Below are positions 1-13,234 of a stretch of DNA of 64,000 nucleotides, piece after piece. The translations under genes and the position numbers were made by a program. The notes under the pieces were generated by a model that saw nothing but the letters and a program-made list of their open reading frames with translations, did not search any database and was not told the DNA's origin. Position 1 is the first letter of the stretch. Each line of letters begins with the position of its first letter. Source of the stretch: Octopus bimaculoides (lineage: Eukaryota); contig NC_068996.1 of the NCBI RefSeq assembly GCF_001194135.2, positions 33,190,742 through 33,254,741 of the forward strand, written 5' to 3'.

Positions 1-815
1 AATGTCAGAGTGCATACATGACAGAGTGTAAGTGCCCAAGCATCAGATGTGGTGTGCAAGAGAGACAACTGCGCTGGTATGGTCATTTGGCGAGAATAGA
101 TGAGGATAGCTGTGGGAAAAAGTGTCACATTCTAGCAATTGAGGGAACCTGTGGAAGAGGTAGACCCAGGAAGACCTGGGATATGAGGTGGTGAAGCACG
201 ACCTTCGAACATTAGGCCTCACTGTGGCAATGACTAGTGACTGAGACCTTTGGAGATATGCTATGCTTGAGAAGACCTGACAAGCCAAGTGAGACAGTAA
301 CTGTGGCCTATGTCAGTGCTGTATAACCAGTCCATTTAAGAGTACCTTTCAATCATTGGACAATAAACTACACTTGCGAAGACCTGTTCAGGCAAGTGAA
401 ATCATTTTCTTGGCCAATGACAGTACTGCTTGATTGGCACCCATGCCAGTGGAACATAAAAAGCACCATTCGAGCATGATCGTTGCCAGCATTGCCTGAC
501 TGGCTCCTGTGCCAGTGGCATGTAAAAAACACCATTCAAGCATGGTCATTGCCAGTGCAGCTGGACTGGCTCTTGTGCAGGTGGCACGTAAAAAGCACCA
601 TTTTAACGTGGTCGATGCCAGTACCCCTGACTGGCCCTTGTGCCAGTGGCACATAAAAGCAGCCACTACACTCTCGGAGTGGTTGGCATTAGGAAAGGCA
701 TCCTGCTGTAGAAACTTTGCCAGATCAGATTGGAGCATGGTGCAGCCTTCTGGCTCGCCAGCCCTCAGTCAAACTGTCCAACCAAAGCGGACATTAAACG
801 ACAACGATGATGATA
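1..815 (+). mobile_element. RTE-type LINE (PHD-RT family), 3' end: C-terminal ORF2 remnant plus repeat-containing 3'UTR and (GAT)n tail
   Basis: Matches the 3' part of the longer copies at 24285-26836 and 56237-58996 (RLRWYGH...EGTCGRGRPRKTWDEVVKHD, then the TTAGGAAGGGCATCC 3'UTR motif and GATGAT tail). Confidence 0.9.
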
Positions 816-924
816 TGACAAAAAAAAGAACATTACAAGTAATAAGGTATATAAACTAAATAACTAATTCTGGTTTTAAAAAAAAAGCAAGGGTGACAGC
901 CTAGAAAATTTTAAATAACGATTT

Positions 925-1185
925 CTCATTTAGGCACAAGGCCAACAATTTGTGGAGAGGGATAAGTGGTTTAAAGCGGCCCAGTACATTACTGGTATTT
1001 TACTTTATCGATTCTGTAGGGATGAAAGGTAAAGCTAACCTCAGTAGGATTGAATTTAGAACATAATGGACCATAACTCTATGCTGCAAGGCACATTGCC
1101 CAATATTTAGGCACAAGGCCAGCAATTTAAAGGGAAGGGGAAAGTCGAGTAAACTGACTCCCATTACTAGTACAAAACAACAAAC
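925..1185 (-). mobile_element. Degenerate tRNA-derived SINE (family B), one copy plus a 3' fragment
   Basis: The reverse complement resembles 56010-56220 (CTTTCATCC...GATAAA...GTACCAG...GGCCTTGTGCCT). The 3' motif occurs twice (about 930 and 1110). Confidence 0.6.
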
Positions 1186-1710
1186 TCTGGGGAATTCATT
1201 ATTGTTTTGACTGACACAAATTGTAAATCAGCATGACAAAAAAAAAAACATGACAGGAATGGGAAGAAAACCTGAAGTGTTCTATTTCTTTTCATAACGC
1301 TTGGAAGGAAAATATTTATCCACAATATATGTAGCCAACATTCATGCATATGAGCCTTCAATATTTTAGGGCAAAGATCAATCATTTCAAGACACAACAT
1401 ATCTACTTCAGGACACATAGAAAACAAGGAAATTACTGTCAGAAAATATACTTTGCAATGACCCAGAGGCTATAAAAACTGCCCCAGTCTGTAACATACA
1501 CACGAGTTTACTGCTACTCCACACTGTAGTCAGCAAATTTACATTTTCAATTTCTCTACGATTTCTCTATCAATCACCAACACAAATTCTACACAAACTA
1601 AGAACTTCAATGACAAACTTTTTATCCTTGCAGGACAAGCTTTTTACAGAATAAGCATTTAACAACATCAACACAACTCAAGTAATTTCTCTTTGAACTT
1701 TTTTCATATC

Positions 1711-3390
1711 ATGGCAGAGAAAAGAGTATTTCTATAGAAGAAAAGCAAGCATTTGCTATCATGGTGAACAAATGCAAAGAGGAGTATGATTCTGAATTAG
1801 AGCGAATGAAAGGGAAAACTCATTGGGATGCTAAAGGAAACGCTATGTCCTAGACACCCCAAAACAGGGATATCTTGCCAAAGCAGTTCGTTTTTTTACT
1901 CGAATTTGGCTGGTGTCAAAAACTTTGATCAACTATTTGATTCTGCTATTAAAGTAGCCAAATGCTGCTATGAAAAATATCTGAATGGTGAACTTGACAG
2001 CGCTGAAAAAAATCCAAAGAAACGTTTCAAAATTGTTAGAAGAGGTTGTAAAACAAAAGCACCAGGTATGAGAAATGCTTTATTTGAACGGTTTGTGGAT
2101 GTTAGAACACTGCTGCATGCGAGATTACCACAAACTCTTTTCCTATTAAAGGCTGAGAAATTTTGTGAGGGGTGGACTTATCAACTTGCAGACACACAAA
2201 CTGAGGAAAAGCTTTGTTTTTCAAAAAGCTAGATGAAAGGTTGGCAAAAAGAGTATGGGGTATCACTGAAATTTCCAAACAAATGCACTTCAATCCCCAA
2301 AGAGCAATGTATTGAGTGCATTCCAGATTATTTGAAGAACATATTGAGTGTGCATTGTTATTTCCTTGACAAATTTGGTGTAGATCCTCCTACTATCAAT
2401 GGAGATCAAATGCCCTTGCATCAGAATAAAAGTAGAAGACAAGCTAGCTTATTCAGAAATCAAGATACGTTTGTCTTGGAAATGTATCACAGTATTCACC
2501 CAGGTTAGCAATGATACCAAAATCAATCTTACCCCAGAGTTTGTATTTAAAGGAACTGGAAAAAGACCACCACTACTGAATGCCCTGCCTAGAATGAGAT
2601 ATCAATGGTCTCCTAAAGGACAGCTGCTCTGTACTATTGAAAACCTTCCAAACCGAGTCAATATGTTTTCACATGCAAACTTTGCCATTTATATGCTCAA
2701 TGATTACATGGTGCATTTGATGCCAGAGGTGAGAAATGCCCTCTGGAAAAGAGGTTATGTGCTAGTCATCATCGGTGTGGTGTCACCGGATTTGTTCAAG
2801 TTAACAACACGCACTTGCACAAACAACTAAAAGCAAAATAGAAAAAGCAAGGAAGCTAGAAAAGTTAGTTCAAACTCTAAATAAAATACCCACGCCCAAT
2901 CAATCCAAGATGATGCAAATGCTACATCAAGCACATGCAGATTACAAGATTGATGCTGAAGCTGCTTTCAAGTTGATGTGGGCCACAAATGCTTTCGATC
3001 AAATCATGCATCTCGTCGGTCTGTCGGTGACAGAGTTTTGTCTAGAGATGATGTCAAAACCCTGCCCAAATACTATTCAGAGAATCATTTAGAACTTAAT
3101 TCCACCAAAAGGGGTCAAGTGTGCAAACAACATTGAAGGCTCAAAACTATTTGATGGTGACGGCATTGAGGGAAAAACTGCCGAAAATAAATCAGAAAAT
3201 GAAAGCAAGCTATCTGGGAATCTTTTGAAGGCAATTGACCCATTTGGAGAAATCCCCATGGAGGTTTTGCTGGAGCCAAAGCACAGCCAGCCAAACATGA
3301 TGATGGGAAGCTCTATCTCTCTTGTAGGAATCAGCAGGCGATATTCTTACGGTAGTAGAAAAGGAATTTTTAACTCCTATTTCTAAATTC
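1711..3390 (+). mobile_element. Degenerate pogo-like DDD transposase (DDE_1 type)
   Basis: Broken ORF from ATG 1711: HTH-like region, then NGDQMPL (first D), LNDY (mutated LDDY) and GGGVTGFVQVNNT after a frameshift (mutated third D). Several stops and frameshifts. No TIRs identified. Confidence 0.75.
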
Positions 3391-3549
3391 AGTATGTGGT
3401 GAAGCAATTAGTTGACCCCTAATTATAATTATGTTTATAATTATAGAATATTTGTGTAAATTTACCTAAAGAGGTTATTTTAACATACCGATCTACTTGG
3501 TAAAATTATTAATTAATTAATTTTACCCTTTTATTATTAATATTGAAAT

Positions 3550-3582
3550 TATATATATATATTATATATATATATTATATAC

Positions 3583-3619
<37 letters not shown>

Positions 3620-3625
3620 CGTGCG
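3550..3625. repeat. Compound (TA)n/(TG)n microsatellite
   Basis: Read directly from the sequence. Confidence 0.95.
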
Positions 3626-3959
3626 AGTCTGTGTAGATATGTATATATTTGAGTTTTGTTGTCTCAATCTATATAATAACTTAATTTGAAAAATTATCAG
3701 TGGACCAATTCTGAATTGCTTCATTTTAGTGCACATTATTGTAGTTAATGTTAAATTTATCATTATATTAGTATCTAATATTAATTACATATCACAAATA
3801 AGGTATCTTCATTTTACTAAATAAATATGTGTATAAACACACTTATTTGATTTATCAATTAATTGATGATAATTATAATAATAATAATGATGATAATAAA
3901 TAGTTTCATTTAACTTACTAAATAAATTTAATAACCAAAATAATAATTATTATAGTATT

Positions 3960-4375
3960 GTACAGTTTATAAATTGTATTCTTAGTACAACAATGTTGTT
4001 TGTTAGTTCTGAAAGTATTGATAGAGTTTGGATATGCACTATGTATGGTCCTTCAATTTGTAAATAATAATATTGATTAGTCATTGAGAACAGTTCTTAA
4101 TACTTGTTTGATTTATATTATTGATTTCTATTGGACCACTAAATTCTACTCTTCCATAATATATGAATAACGATTATTATTGATTTCGTTTTTGGATTGC
4201 AAGATTCTTTATGTGAGTTCATGTGTTGAAGTATATTCTGTTGAGTCTGGGGAGAGTCATTCTCTTTTAGTACCATATAATTTAACACACTGGTAAAATT
4301 TCCACTTATTTCTTTTTTATTTTTCTAAAATTTTTGTTGCGTCTTGCAACCTTTTCAATAGTTTTGACTCTGTCC
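3960..4375 (-). mobile_element. Probable Penelope-like 3' remnant with a decayed hammerhead-like motif
   Basis: The minus strand gives a CTKNTIYKL-like GIY-YIG start. Downstream it reads TTGAAAAG-GTTGC-AAGAC-GCAAC-AAAA, resembling a hammerhead core plus stem II. Confidence 0.35.
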
Positions 4376-4851
4376 ATTATTCACACTGCGTTCTTTTTGT
4401 TTGTTTGTGTGCATGTGTGTGTGTGTGTGTGTGTGTGCATACACATGCATGTATATATCATTATTTAAGTAACTTCAAATCTGGTTACCCCTAAAAAATT
4501 AGCAAATTTGATTTCCATTACTATAACCTAAATATGTATCTATGGGGTATTTGGGGTATTGCATTTACAGCCTTAAGTCTATATTAATGTTTATTACGGA
4601 ATTCTCCCTACAATAAATTAAGTAAACAAGGAAAATTTTTATTAGGTTTCTATTCATATCTACTATGGAATTATCCCTCCAAGAAAACAATAAATATAGA
4701 AGATTAGTATTAGTTAATTTAAACAATAATTTTTTTTCTATCAAATAATTTAAATAAATAGAAGAGTTATTGTATTGAAGATTTAATTGTTTATATATTT
4801 TTTTGTTGCAGTTCTAAATAGGGAAAGACATAGATACTAATTATATACATA

Positions 4852-6081
4852 CAGGGGTTGGACAAAATAATGTAAACGCCTTAAAATTTCAAACAAATTT
4901 AATTTTAATATGGGGTAGGACAGCCTTTGGCAGTAATTACAGCTTGAATTCTATGAGGTATGGACTCATACAAAGTTTGAATTGTTTCCAAAGGAATTTT
5001 TGTCCATTCTTCAGCTAAAACAGTCTCCGGTTCTTGTAGTGATGATGGTGGAGGATATCAACTCTTTACTTGTTTCTCTAAAATGCACCATAAATGTTCA
5101 ATAATATTAAGATCTGGGGACTGTTGTGACCAGATAAGATGTTCAACTTTATTAGAATATTCCTCGTGGCATTCAATAACAACTTTAGCTGTTTGAATTG
5201 GTGCATTACCATTCTGAAAGATTACATTTCCCTCTGGAAACAGTTCCTCAAACATAGGATGAATTTGATCAGATAAAATGCTTAAATAGTCTTCACTATT
5301 AATTCTGCCATGAAGGGAAACCATTGGGCCAGTGGATTTCCAAGATATAGCCCCCAAGATCATCGCAGATCCTCCTCCATGTTTAACGGTTGGAAGAAAG
5401 CAGTCTGGGTCAAATGCTTTTTTGGCTGTCTCCACATGTATACTTGGCCAGTGGTCAGATATAAGGTAAAGGATTATTTGTCCGAGAAAGTAACATTCTA
5501 CTATTGCTCTAGGGACCAATTCTGTAGGTCCACTCTAAATGCTTTGCAATGTTTGTTTTTGAAAGTAGTGGTTTTTTGATTGTAGCCCTCCCATGAAATC
5601 CAGCTTTGTGCAGCTCCCGGCAGACAGTTTTTGTGGAAACTGGGTTCTCAAGGTGGTTATTAAGCTCTGCAGTAATTTTGGGAGCATACTTTTGTGATCC
5701 TTTCTAACAATTTGCATAAGAGTCTGACAGTCCCTATCTGAAAGTTTTGGTTTTCTTCTGAAGTTTTGTTTCGACGAGGAGGTTTTTCCCTCTTTCTCAT
5801 AGGCTGTCATTACTTTTGAGATGGTACTTCTTGATACACCAAACATTTTGGCTGTTTTTGTTATGCTAGCACCAACAATTTGACTTCTTTGAAAGTCCGC
5901 TAGATCTGTCATTGTAATGAATTTTAATTACCTTTTTCTGATGATATCTGAAAAGAAACAGCAATTTTAGCAAAACATATTAAGCAACACTAATAATAAA
6001 TCCCAAAACAAGCTTTTGAGGGTTTTATAGATATTTCAAAGTTATGATGCTAGGTGTTTCCTTTATTTTGTCCAACCCCTG
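4852..6081 (-). mobile_element. Tc1-family DNA transposon, full length, inactive
   Basis: TIRs CAGGGGTTGGACAAAATAA at both ends, flanked by TA. Minus-strand transposase fragments: HTH (5535-5912), TVKHGGGS, QNGNA (mutated QDDNA), SPDLNIIEHLW (DD34E type). Stops and frameshift near the first catalytic D. Confidence 0.95.
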
Positions 6082-6934
6082 TATATATACACACCTATTT
6101 TATTGTTGTATGTTGTGGTGACAAGGGACTCTCTTGGACATGAATGGGTTTCAATTTGTATGTGTTTGAGATGTAATAAAGTGAATTTTGATGGCTGTGG
6201 ATTGCACTTACTTGGTTGAATTGTCCATTAGAGTGTTTTTGCTGTCTTTTAATTGTAATTAAAGAAAGAAAAAATTAAAAGAACCAGGTAAGTGGGGATG
6301 GAGAAAAGAGAAAATAGAAAAACATTTCAGTTTTGACAAGGTAGCATCTATAAAAGTATCAAGATGGAAAAAATAAAATAAAACGAGGAAAAGAGAAAGA
6401 TAAGTTGTAATAAAATAATCATGTGTATATACCCATGCCCAGAGAACAGCACTATATAGATATGGAGTGCATAGAGGCCCAATGAGGTGCAGTTTTTGAC
6501 AAATTTTTCATTTTATATACACCTTGAACCAAAGGTTGGAACTTTTGAATTCTTGCAGACATGCCTCGAAAACTAGAATGTCTAATGGGAAAATACCATA
6601 TAGGTAACATTGATTTCATATTTGAATTTGATTTTTCACTTTAACTGCCATCACCTTGCATAACATTCATTTCACATTTTCACCTTTCAAAAAAACCTTT
6701 GACTGTGTACAAACTACATTTTTTATTTTTATTTTTTTACTTACATGCTTCCCTTCATAAACCATATGAAAACTTTTTTATATATTGCAATTTTGCCTAC
6801 AGAACTTTTCAACGATGATTTTAAATGCACACTCAAGAAAGAACATCTATCATTGTCCAAATGGATTTTCTTAGTTATTTTATTTTATTATTATTACTAT
6901 TATTCCAGGTATTATAGTAATAATAATAAAATAA

Positions 6935-8692
6935 AACCTGGAATCAAAGAGCCTTAACGTTAACTTAGCTAAGACTAAAGTTGTTGTTAGCGCAAAAGGA
7001 GATAAGACTCTCATTCTGGCTGGTAAATAGCCCTGTTCAATATATAGGAAAGGCATAGGACATAACTCCATTTGCTGCACCATGTGTAGGCTATGGACAC
7101 ATAAGAGATGCAGTGGAATTGTAGAAAGGTTATCAGATAAGGTTGCTTTCATGTATGGCAGATGAACAGGAACAGTAAGTACTAAGAGCACAAAGGACTT
7201 AAATTCTCTCAAATGCCCAGGAGGCCTTCTTGAGGTAATAGATAGTTTCTGCTATTTATGTCACCAAATTAGTAAAGGTAGTGGATGCTCTGAAAGTATT
7301 GTTTCTAGAATAAGAACAGGGTGAAGGAAATTCAGAGAACTACTACCTCTGTTGGCAGCAAAAAGACTCAGAGTGAAAGGTAGATTGTATGATGCTTCTG
7401 AGAGAATGGCTATGTTACATGGTAGTGAGACAGGGGCTCTGACTGTGGAGGACAAGCATAGGCTGGAGAGGAATGAAAGTAGTTTGTTCCATTGGCTTTG
7501 CAACATCAGTGTGCATGACTGACAAAGTGCAACTGTGTTGATAGAAAAGTTAGGTATAAGAGGGATTAAATATGGTATGTAGGAGAGGAGAATGCGTTGG
7601 TTTGGACATGTGGTGCACATGAGTGAAAACATCTGTATACAGAAGTGCCTGTCACTGAAAAGGATGGTGCTTGTGGAAGAGGGAAACCCAGGAAGACATG
7701 GGATGAAGTAGTGAGGAATGATCTTAGGATGTTGGGGCTCACGGAGGAAATGACAGTGGACGGAGATGTTTGGTAATATGAGGATCTAGAGAAAACCCAT
7801 CCACGAAACTGAGTGCTAGTTGTGTCCCATCCACATGTAACAATACACTTTTCACCCATCCTACCCTAAGAAACTGAACTACAACTGCATCTTTCTCTTC
7901 CTCACATTTCCTCTTCATAAACTATGATTGCTTTCCAATCCCCTTTCTTGCCCTCACTGCTCTGCTCACTGTATCACTGCTCCCCACACCCTATTTTTTT
8001 ACCCAGGTTCTACACTCATATTCTGAGTATACCCTAGCACTACACCATCTCTCTTCCACTTTTGCTGTTTCCCACTCTCTCTCCTCTTGCTTTCCGTCTG
8101 ACTAGATAACTAAGTATCTCCTTTACATCTGGCCTCTTTCTTGTAACCCTCTCTCACTGGGTATTTCCTCTATAGCAAGACACCTATTTCTGCCTTGCTA
8201 TTCCTCTGTTATACTCTAACCTTTCACCATCTGATACTGGATCATCTCCTCTAATACCCCCTCTGTTGCAGCAAGACACCTGCTTCTGACTCTCTGTCAC
8301 ACATTAACCTTTCCTCCTCTGACACAAGTTCCCCTCCTCACATGCCCTTGCCCCAATCATAATTCCTTGTCTTGCGAGTTACTTGGTTACCTTGCTAGTG
8401 CTGGTGTCATGCTAAAAAGCATCCAGTCCATACTGTAATGTGGTTGGCATTTGCAAGGACATCCAGCTGTAAAAATCATGTTGAAACTAACCTTGCCTGT
8501 GCTAGTGTCATGTAAAAAGCACCGAGTACACTCCGCTGAGTGGTTGGTGTTAAGAAGGGCAGCCAACCGTAAAAATCTCTGCCAAAACAGACACAGTAAC
8601 CTAGGATAGTTTTTCTACCTGGCCAGCTCCTGTCAACCATCTTACCCATGCATGAATGGCAGGTGGATGTTAAATGATGATGATGATGATGA
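6935..8692 (+). mobile_element. Old RTE-type LINE 3' portion (PHD region, RT C-terminus, pyrimidine-rich 3'UTR)
   Basis: Degenerate GLNVNLAKTKV, PCSI...CxxCRLWTHKRC, MLHGSE, RWFGHV, GRGKPRKTW. Ends in TTAAGAAGGGC...(GAT)n at about 8690. Confidence 0.85.
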
Positions 8693-8743
8693 TTATTACT
8701 ATTATTATTATATTTATTATCAACTTTATTATTATTGTTAACA

Positions 8744-8965
8744 AGTGAGTGAGCTGGTAGAACCATTAATGAACTGGACAAAATGTTTAGTGGTATTTGG
8801 CCCATCAATAAGTTCCGATTAAAATTCCTCTGAGGTCAGCTTTACCTTTCATCCTTTCGGAGTCAATAAAAGAAGTAACAGTTGAACTCTGGGATTGATA
8901 TGATCAACTTATCCCCCTAACCCCCACCTCTCCCCACTCCTGTTTGCTGCCCTTCTGGCAAAATT
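8744..8965 (+). mobile_element. tRNA-derived SINE family B, degenerate
   Basis: GAGCTGGTAGAA head and CTTTACCTTTCATCCTTTCGGAGTCAATAAA core, similar to 56010-56220. Confidence 0.7.
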
Positions 8966-9229
8966 TTAAATTATTATTTTTTATCAATATTTTTATAGCA
9001 CTTCATAAAATGTCTTTATAATGAGATTAGTACTTTTACACTCACCCAATTCAATGCTCATTGTTGCAGCATGTACATCACTTACCTAACATATATATCT
9101 TGGTTAGGCATAAAGAATACTCATATTCATATTCCATAAAATAATGTTTAAGTACTTTAATTTTATAATTCATTTTTCTTTAGTTAATCTACATCTCTGA
9201 AATTGCATTACTTCATTCCTACTTTTAAA

Positions 9230-12200
9230 ATCATCATTTAATGTCCGTTGTCTGTGCTGGCATGGGTTGGGTGGTTTGACTGGGCTGGCACACTGGAAGC
9301 TCACACCAGACTCCAGTCTGATTTGGCATGGTTTTCTACAGCTGGATGCCCTTCCTAACACCAACCACTCTGAGAGAGTAATGGGTGCTTTTACATGCCA
9401 GCAGTATGGGTGCCATTTGCATGACACCAGAGTGAATTTATGTGCCAATTTGTGTGACACTTGTATCTACCATGACTGTGATTTTGCTCAGCTTGATGGG
9501 TCTTCTTCTCAAGCACAACATAATGCCAAAGGTCTTGATCATTACCTTGAAAAGAACTCAGCCACTTTGCCTCCATGAGGCAACACTTGAAAGGAACTCA
9601 GTCACTTTATCTCTCTGAGGTCAAACGTTCAAAGGTTGATTTTTTATGTGCCACCAGCATAGGTGCACTTGGTTCAATGGGTCCTCTTAAGTAGAACACA
9701 TTGCTAAAGGTCTTGGTCACTAGCCATTGCCTTTGTGAAGCTCAGAGTTCAAAGATCATGCTTCACCACCTCATCCCATGTCTGCCTGGGTCTACCTCTA
9801 CCACAGGTTCCCTCCACAGTTAGAGATTGGCACTTCTTTACACAGCTGTCCTTGTTCATACACATCACGACTATACCAGTACAGTCATCTCTCTTCCACA
9901 CCACATCTGATTCCTCTTATGCCTAACTTTTCTCTCAAGATGCTTACACTCTGTTGAACATGCACACTGACATTGTACATCCAGCAAAGCATACTGGCTT
10001 CATTTCTCTCAAGCCTATGTTATAGCCCATGTTTCCCTGCCATGTAGCACAGCTGTTTACACACAGGCATCAAACAATCTGCCTTTCATGCTGAGAGAGA
10101 GGCCCTTTGTTGCCAGAAGGGGTAGGAGTTCTCTGAACTTTGCCCAACCTAATTTTATTCTCACAACTATGCTCTTGGAACATCCACCTCCACTACAAAC
10201 TTGGTCGCCTAAATATCGGAAGCTATCTACTACCTCTAGCTTGCACCTGATTTGAAGGAATCTGTTTTCCACACATGTTCAGCATTTATTGTGCCTGTGA
10301 ACCTTCTACATACAAAAGTTAGTTTCTCTCTTAACCTTCCTTTAATGTTGCTGCACCTTTTGTGTCCAAAGCTTACAGATTGAGCAGGGCTATCTAACTG
10401 AGGGGATTTATGGTTTGTCTGCTTTCCTACTTACTATGATTTTGGTTTTTGCTAGGTTAACTCTAAGGTCCTTCGATTCTAATTCTTGTTTCAATACCTG
10501 GAACTTCTCTTGTTCAGGTAGTGATTCAGCTATAAGAGCAAGGTCATTAGCAAAGAGGAGCTCCCACGGGCAACCTGTCTTGAATTCCTCTGTTATTGCT
10601 TGGAGGACTATGATGAACAAAAGGAGGCTGAGCACCGATATACTTGTTGCCCACTCTCACCTTACTGGTAGCATACCTGTACAAGGCTTGTACAGCTCTC
10701 ACCAACCACTCGTCCATCCCTAGTTTCTGCATTGGCCACCTGATAAGGGATCAGGGGACTCTGTCAAAAGCTTTCTCCAAGTCACAGAGGTTTATCCTTG
10801 GCTAGGTATTTCTCCTGCAGCTGTCTTACCAGAAATATAGCACCAGTGGCACTTCTCCCTAGCACAAAATTAAACTGCATCTCATCTAAACTAACTCTCT
10901 CCCTAATTAGTTGGGCTATGACTTTTTCTGTAACTTGATCCAACAATTCGATTCCTCTGTAATTATTTCTATCTAAGGCATCACCTTTACCTTTGTATCA
11001 GTTGACTATGGTGCTGCTACATCAGTCATTGGGCATGACTCTTTCATGAACCACCTGATTTACAATATGGATGACAAGACTGCTGAATATTTTAAGCATC
11101 TCAGTGGTGATTCTTCATGAGCCGGAGGCTTTCCCTCTCTTCATGTCCTTAATTGCTTTATATACCAGAGTACTGTTGATTCAAGTAGCTGGTCCCTCAA
11201 TTGGGTCAACATTTGGCAGACTCTGGCAGACTCTCCTCCTCCCATTCATTCTCCATATTCAGCAGTCTTTCATAATGGTATTTCCAAGCCTCTTTCTTTG
11301 CAGAATCATTAAATGCAAGTACACCATCATCCATGTGGACACATTTCTCTCCTATGATATCACAATTTTCTCTCACACACTGTCTTGCAATCCAAAATAC
11401 TTCATTTCATTGGTTCTCATGGCACTGAACCTAGACAAACTTTTTTTTTCTGCTACTCCCTTGGTTAGATATACCTGTCTCCTAGCTTCCCTTCTGGCTA
11501 TCTGATACAGTTCTCTGCTGCTCCCAGTCTTCCAGGCTTTCCAGGCCTGTTTCTTTGCTCTTATGGCCCTGTCAACAGTATTGTTCCACCACCATGTTAC
11601 CCAAGGTCTGGAAGGGACTTTGCACCAGTCACAGATTTGGTCTGTGGCACTCAGCAAGCTATCCTGCAGGAATTCCCAGTTGCCCTCTGTGTCACAAGTT
11701 TGTAGCTGATCCTCCCTCTCATCAAATTTCTCAGTTAGGATTTCAGACTACGTGAAGTGTCCTTAAGCTTCCAAATCCTTATTTTCCAGATTAGTCTGCT
11801 TCTTGGCATCCTTCTGGCCTGGAGTCTAAAATTGCTAATGACTAGTCTATGCTTGGGGAGGGGGGGGGNNNNNNNNNNGGGGGGGGGGGAGCATTCTTCA
11901 CCAGGGAGGGTCTTTGCTTTTAAGAGCAACCATGCATTCTACTGTCCTGTGAGAATGAAATCTATCTGGTAAGCAGAGTCACCTGACAGATACGTTATCA
12001 TGTGGCTGGCTGGCTTCCAGAAGTTGGTGTTGTGGATCAAAAGATTATTCACATTACAGAACTCCAGTAGCCTTGTTCCCTCTTCATTTCGGGAACTGAT
12101 TCCCCTGCCCCCCATGAACACCATGGTAGATATCAGGTTGCCATCTGACATGCCCATTGAAATCATCAGCCACAAAGATGAGATCATTATCACTCGTGTT

Positions 12201-12630
12201 GAAGGTAGTTTGCAGAATATCATAAAAGTGGTCCTTCTGTTCATTTGGCAGGCCTGTTTGTGGGGTGTAGGCAGATATAACTGTAGCTATACTATTCTGC
12301 AAGACTAGCCTGAGCTCAAGTACTCTATCGCATACTCTACCTCTATGAACTTATCCACCCATTTCTTGGCTCGGAGTATGCCCACACTGCCTACATGGAG
12401 TAAACCTATGTGTCTTGCCTGTGAGAAAACTGGCTGAAGCTCCTGTCCACCTAACCTCTTGGATGCAATATATATTAACATGGCTCCTTTCAAGCATCTC
12501 TACAATCTTGTTAGATCTACTTTTCAGTGTGCCTACGTTTACAGTGCCAACCCTGATAACTAGGAAAGAAATGTGGGAGGGAACATGGGAAGGAGAGATG
12601 TTAATTTTTGTATTTATATTCAACACGCCA
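9230..12630 (-). mobile_element. Near full-length degenerate RTE-type LINE (APE endonuclease + RT), PHD-RT family
   Basis: Minus-strand fragments in order: RVGTVNVGTLK, DDFNGHV, WKLKD, PWELLFANDL (YADD-like), VDSFRYLG, 3'UTR and ATC tail at about 9230. Many stops. Confidence 0.92.
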
Positions 12631-12640
12631 GACATACATT

Positions 12641-12643
<3 letters not shown>

Positions 12644-12679
<36 letters not shown>

Positions 12680-12830
12680 ATATATGTATATATGTATTGT
12701 GTATGTATAATGTATGTATGTATATATTTATATATATGTGTGTATATGTTTATAAATATATGTATGTATTTATGTATATACATGTCTATCTACATGTATG
12801 TGTATATGAGCATGGGTATATACACACGAT
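12644..12830. repeat. Degenerate (TA)n/(TATG)n microsatellite
   Basis: Read directly. It produces the spurious Y/I/M/C-rich ORFs in the track. Confidence 0.95.
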
Positions 12831-13234
12831 TATATTATGACAACTTATCCTTCTCTTTTCCTCGTTTTATTTTATTTTTTCCGTCTTGATACTTTTATAG
12901 ATGCTACGCTGTCAAAATTGAAATGTTTTTCTATTTTCTCTTTTCTCCACCCCAACTTATATGGTTTTCTTTTTTCTTTCTTTTCATTTCTTCTTTCTTT
13001 TACAAACGACAGCAAATGTTGTGTGTGTTAGACATATATAAGGTATATAAGTGTGAGTATTACCACATACTTACGCATGGAGATGTATGTTTATATACGT
13101 GTGCGTAGGAATGTATGTGGAACTGAACCCAGAACTATGTGGTTGGAAAGCAAACTTCTTATCACACAGCTGCACCTGCACCTATAAATACATACATACA
13201 CACACACATATATATATGTGTGTGTGTATATATT

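Noticed and set aside
430-665. Regularly spaced palindromic repeats resembling a CRISPR array
   Set aside because: The units are degenerate tandem repeats with no unique spacers, they lie in an RTE 3'UTR in a eukaryotic genome, and no cas genes are present.
11858-11889. Poly-G tract as a G-quadruplex element
   Set aside because: It spans an N-gap inside an RTE copy, so its true length and sequence are unknown.
12415-13108. Overlapping Y/I/C/M-rich ORFs (also 51688-52043 and 3575-3763)
   Set aside because: These are translations of TA/TG microsatellites, not proteins.
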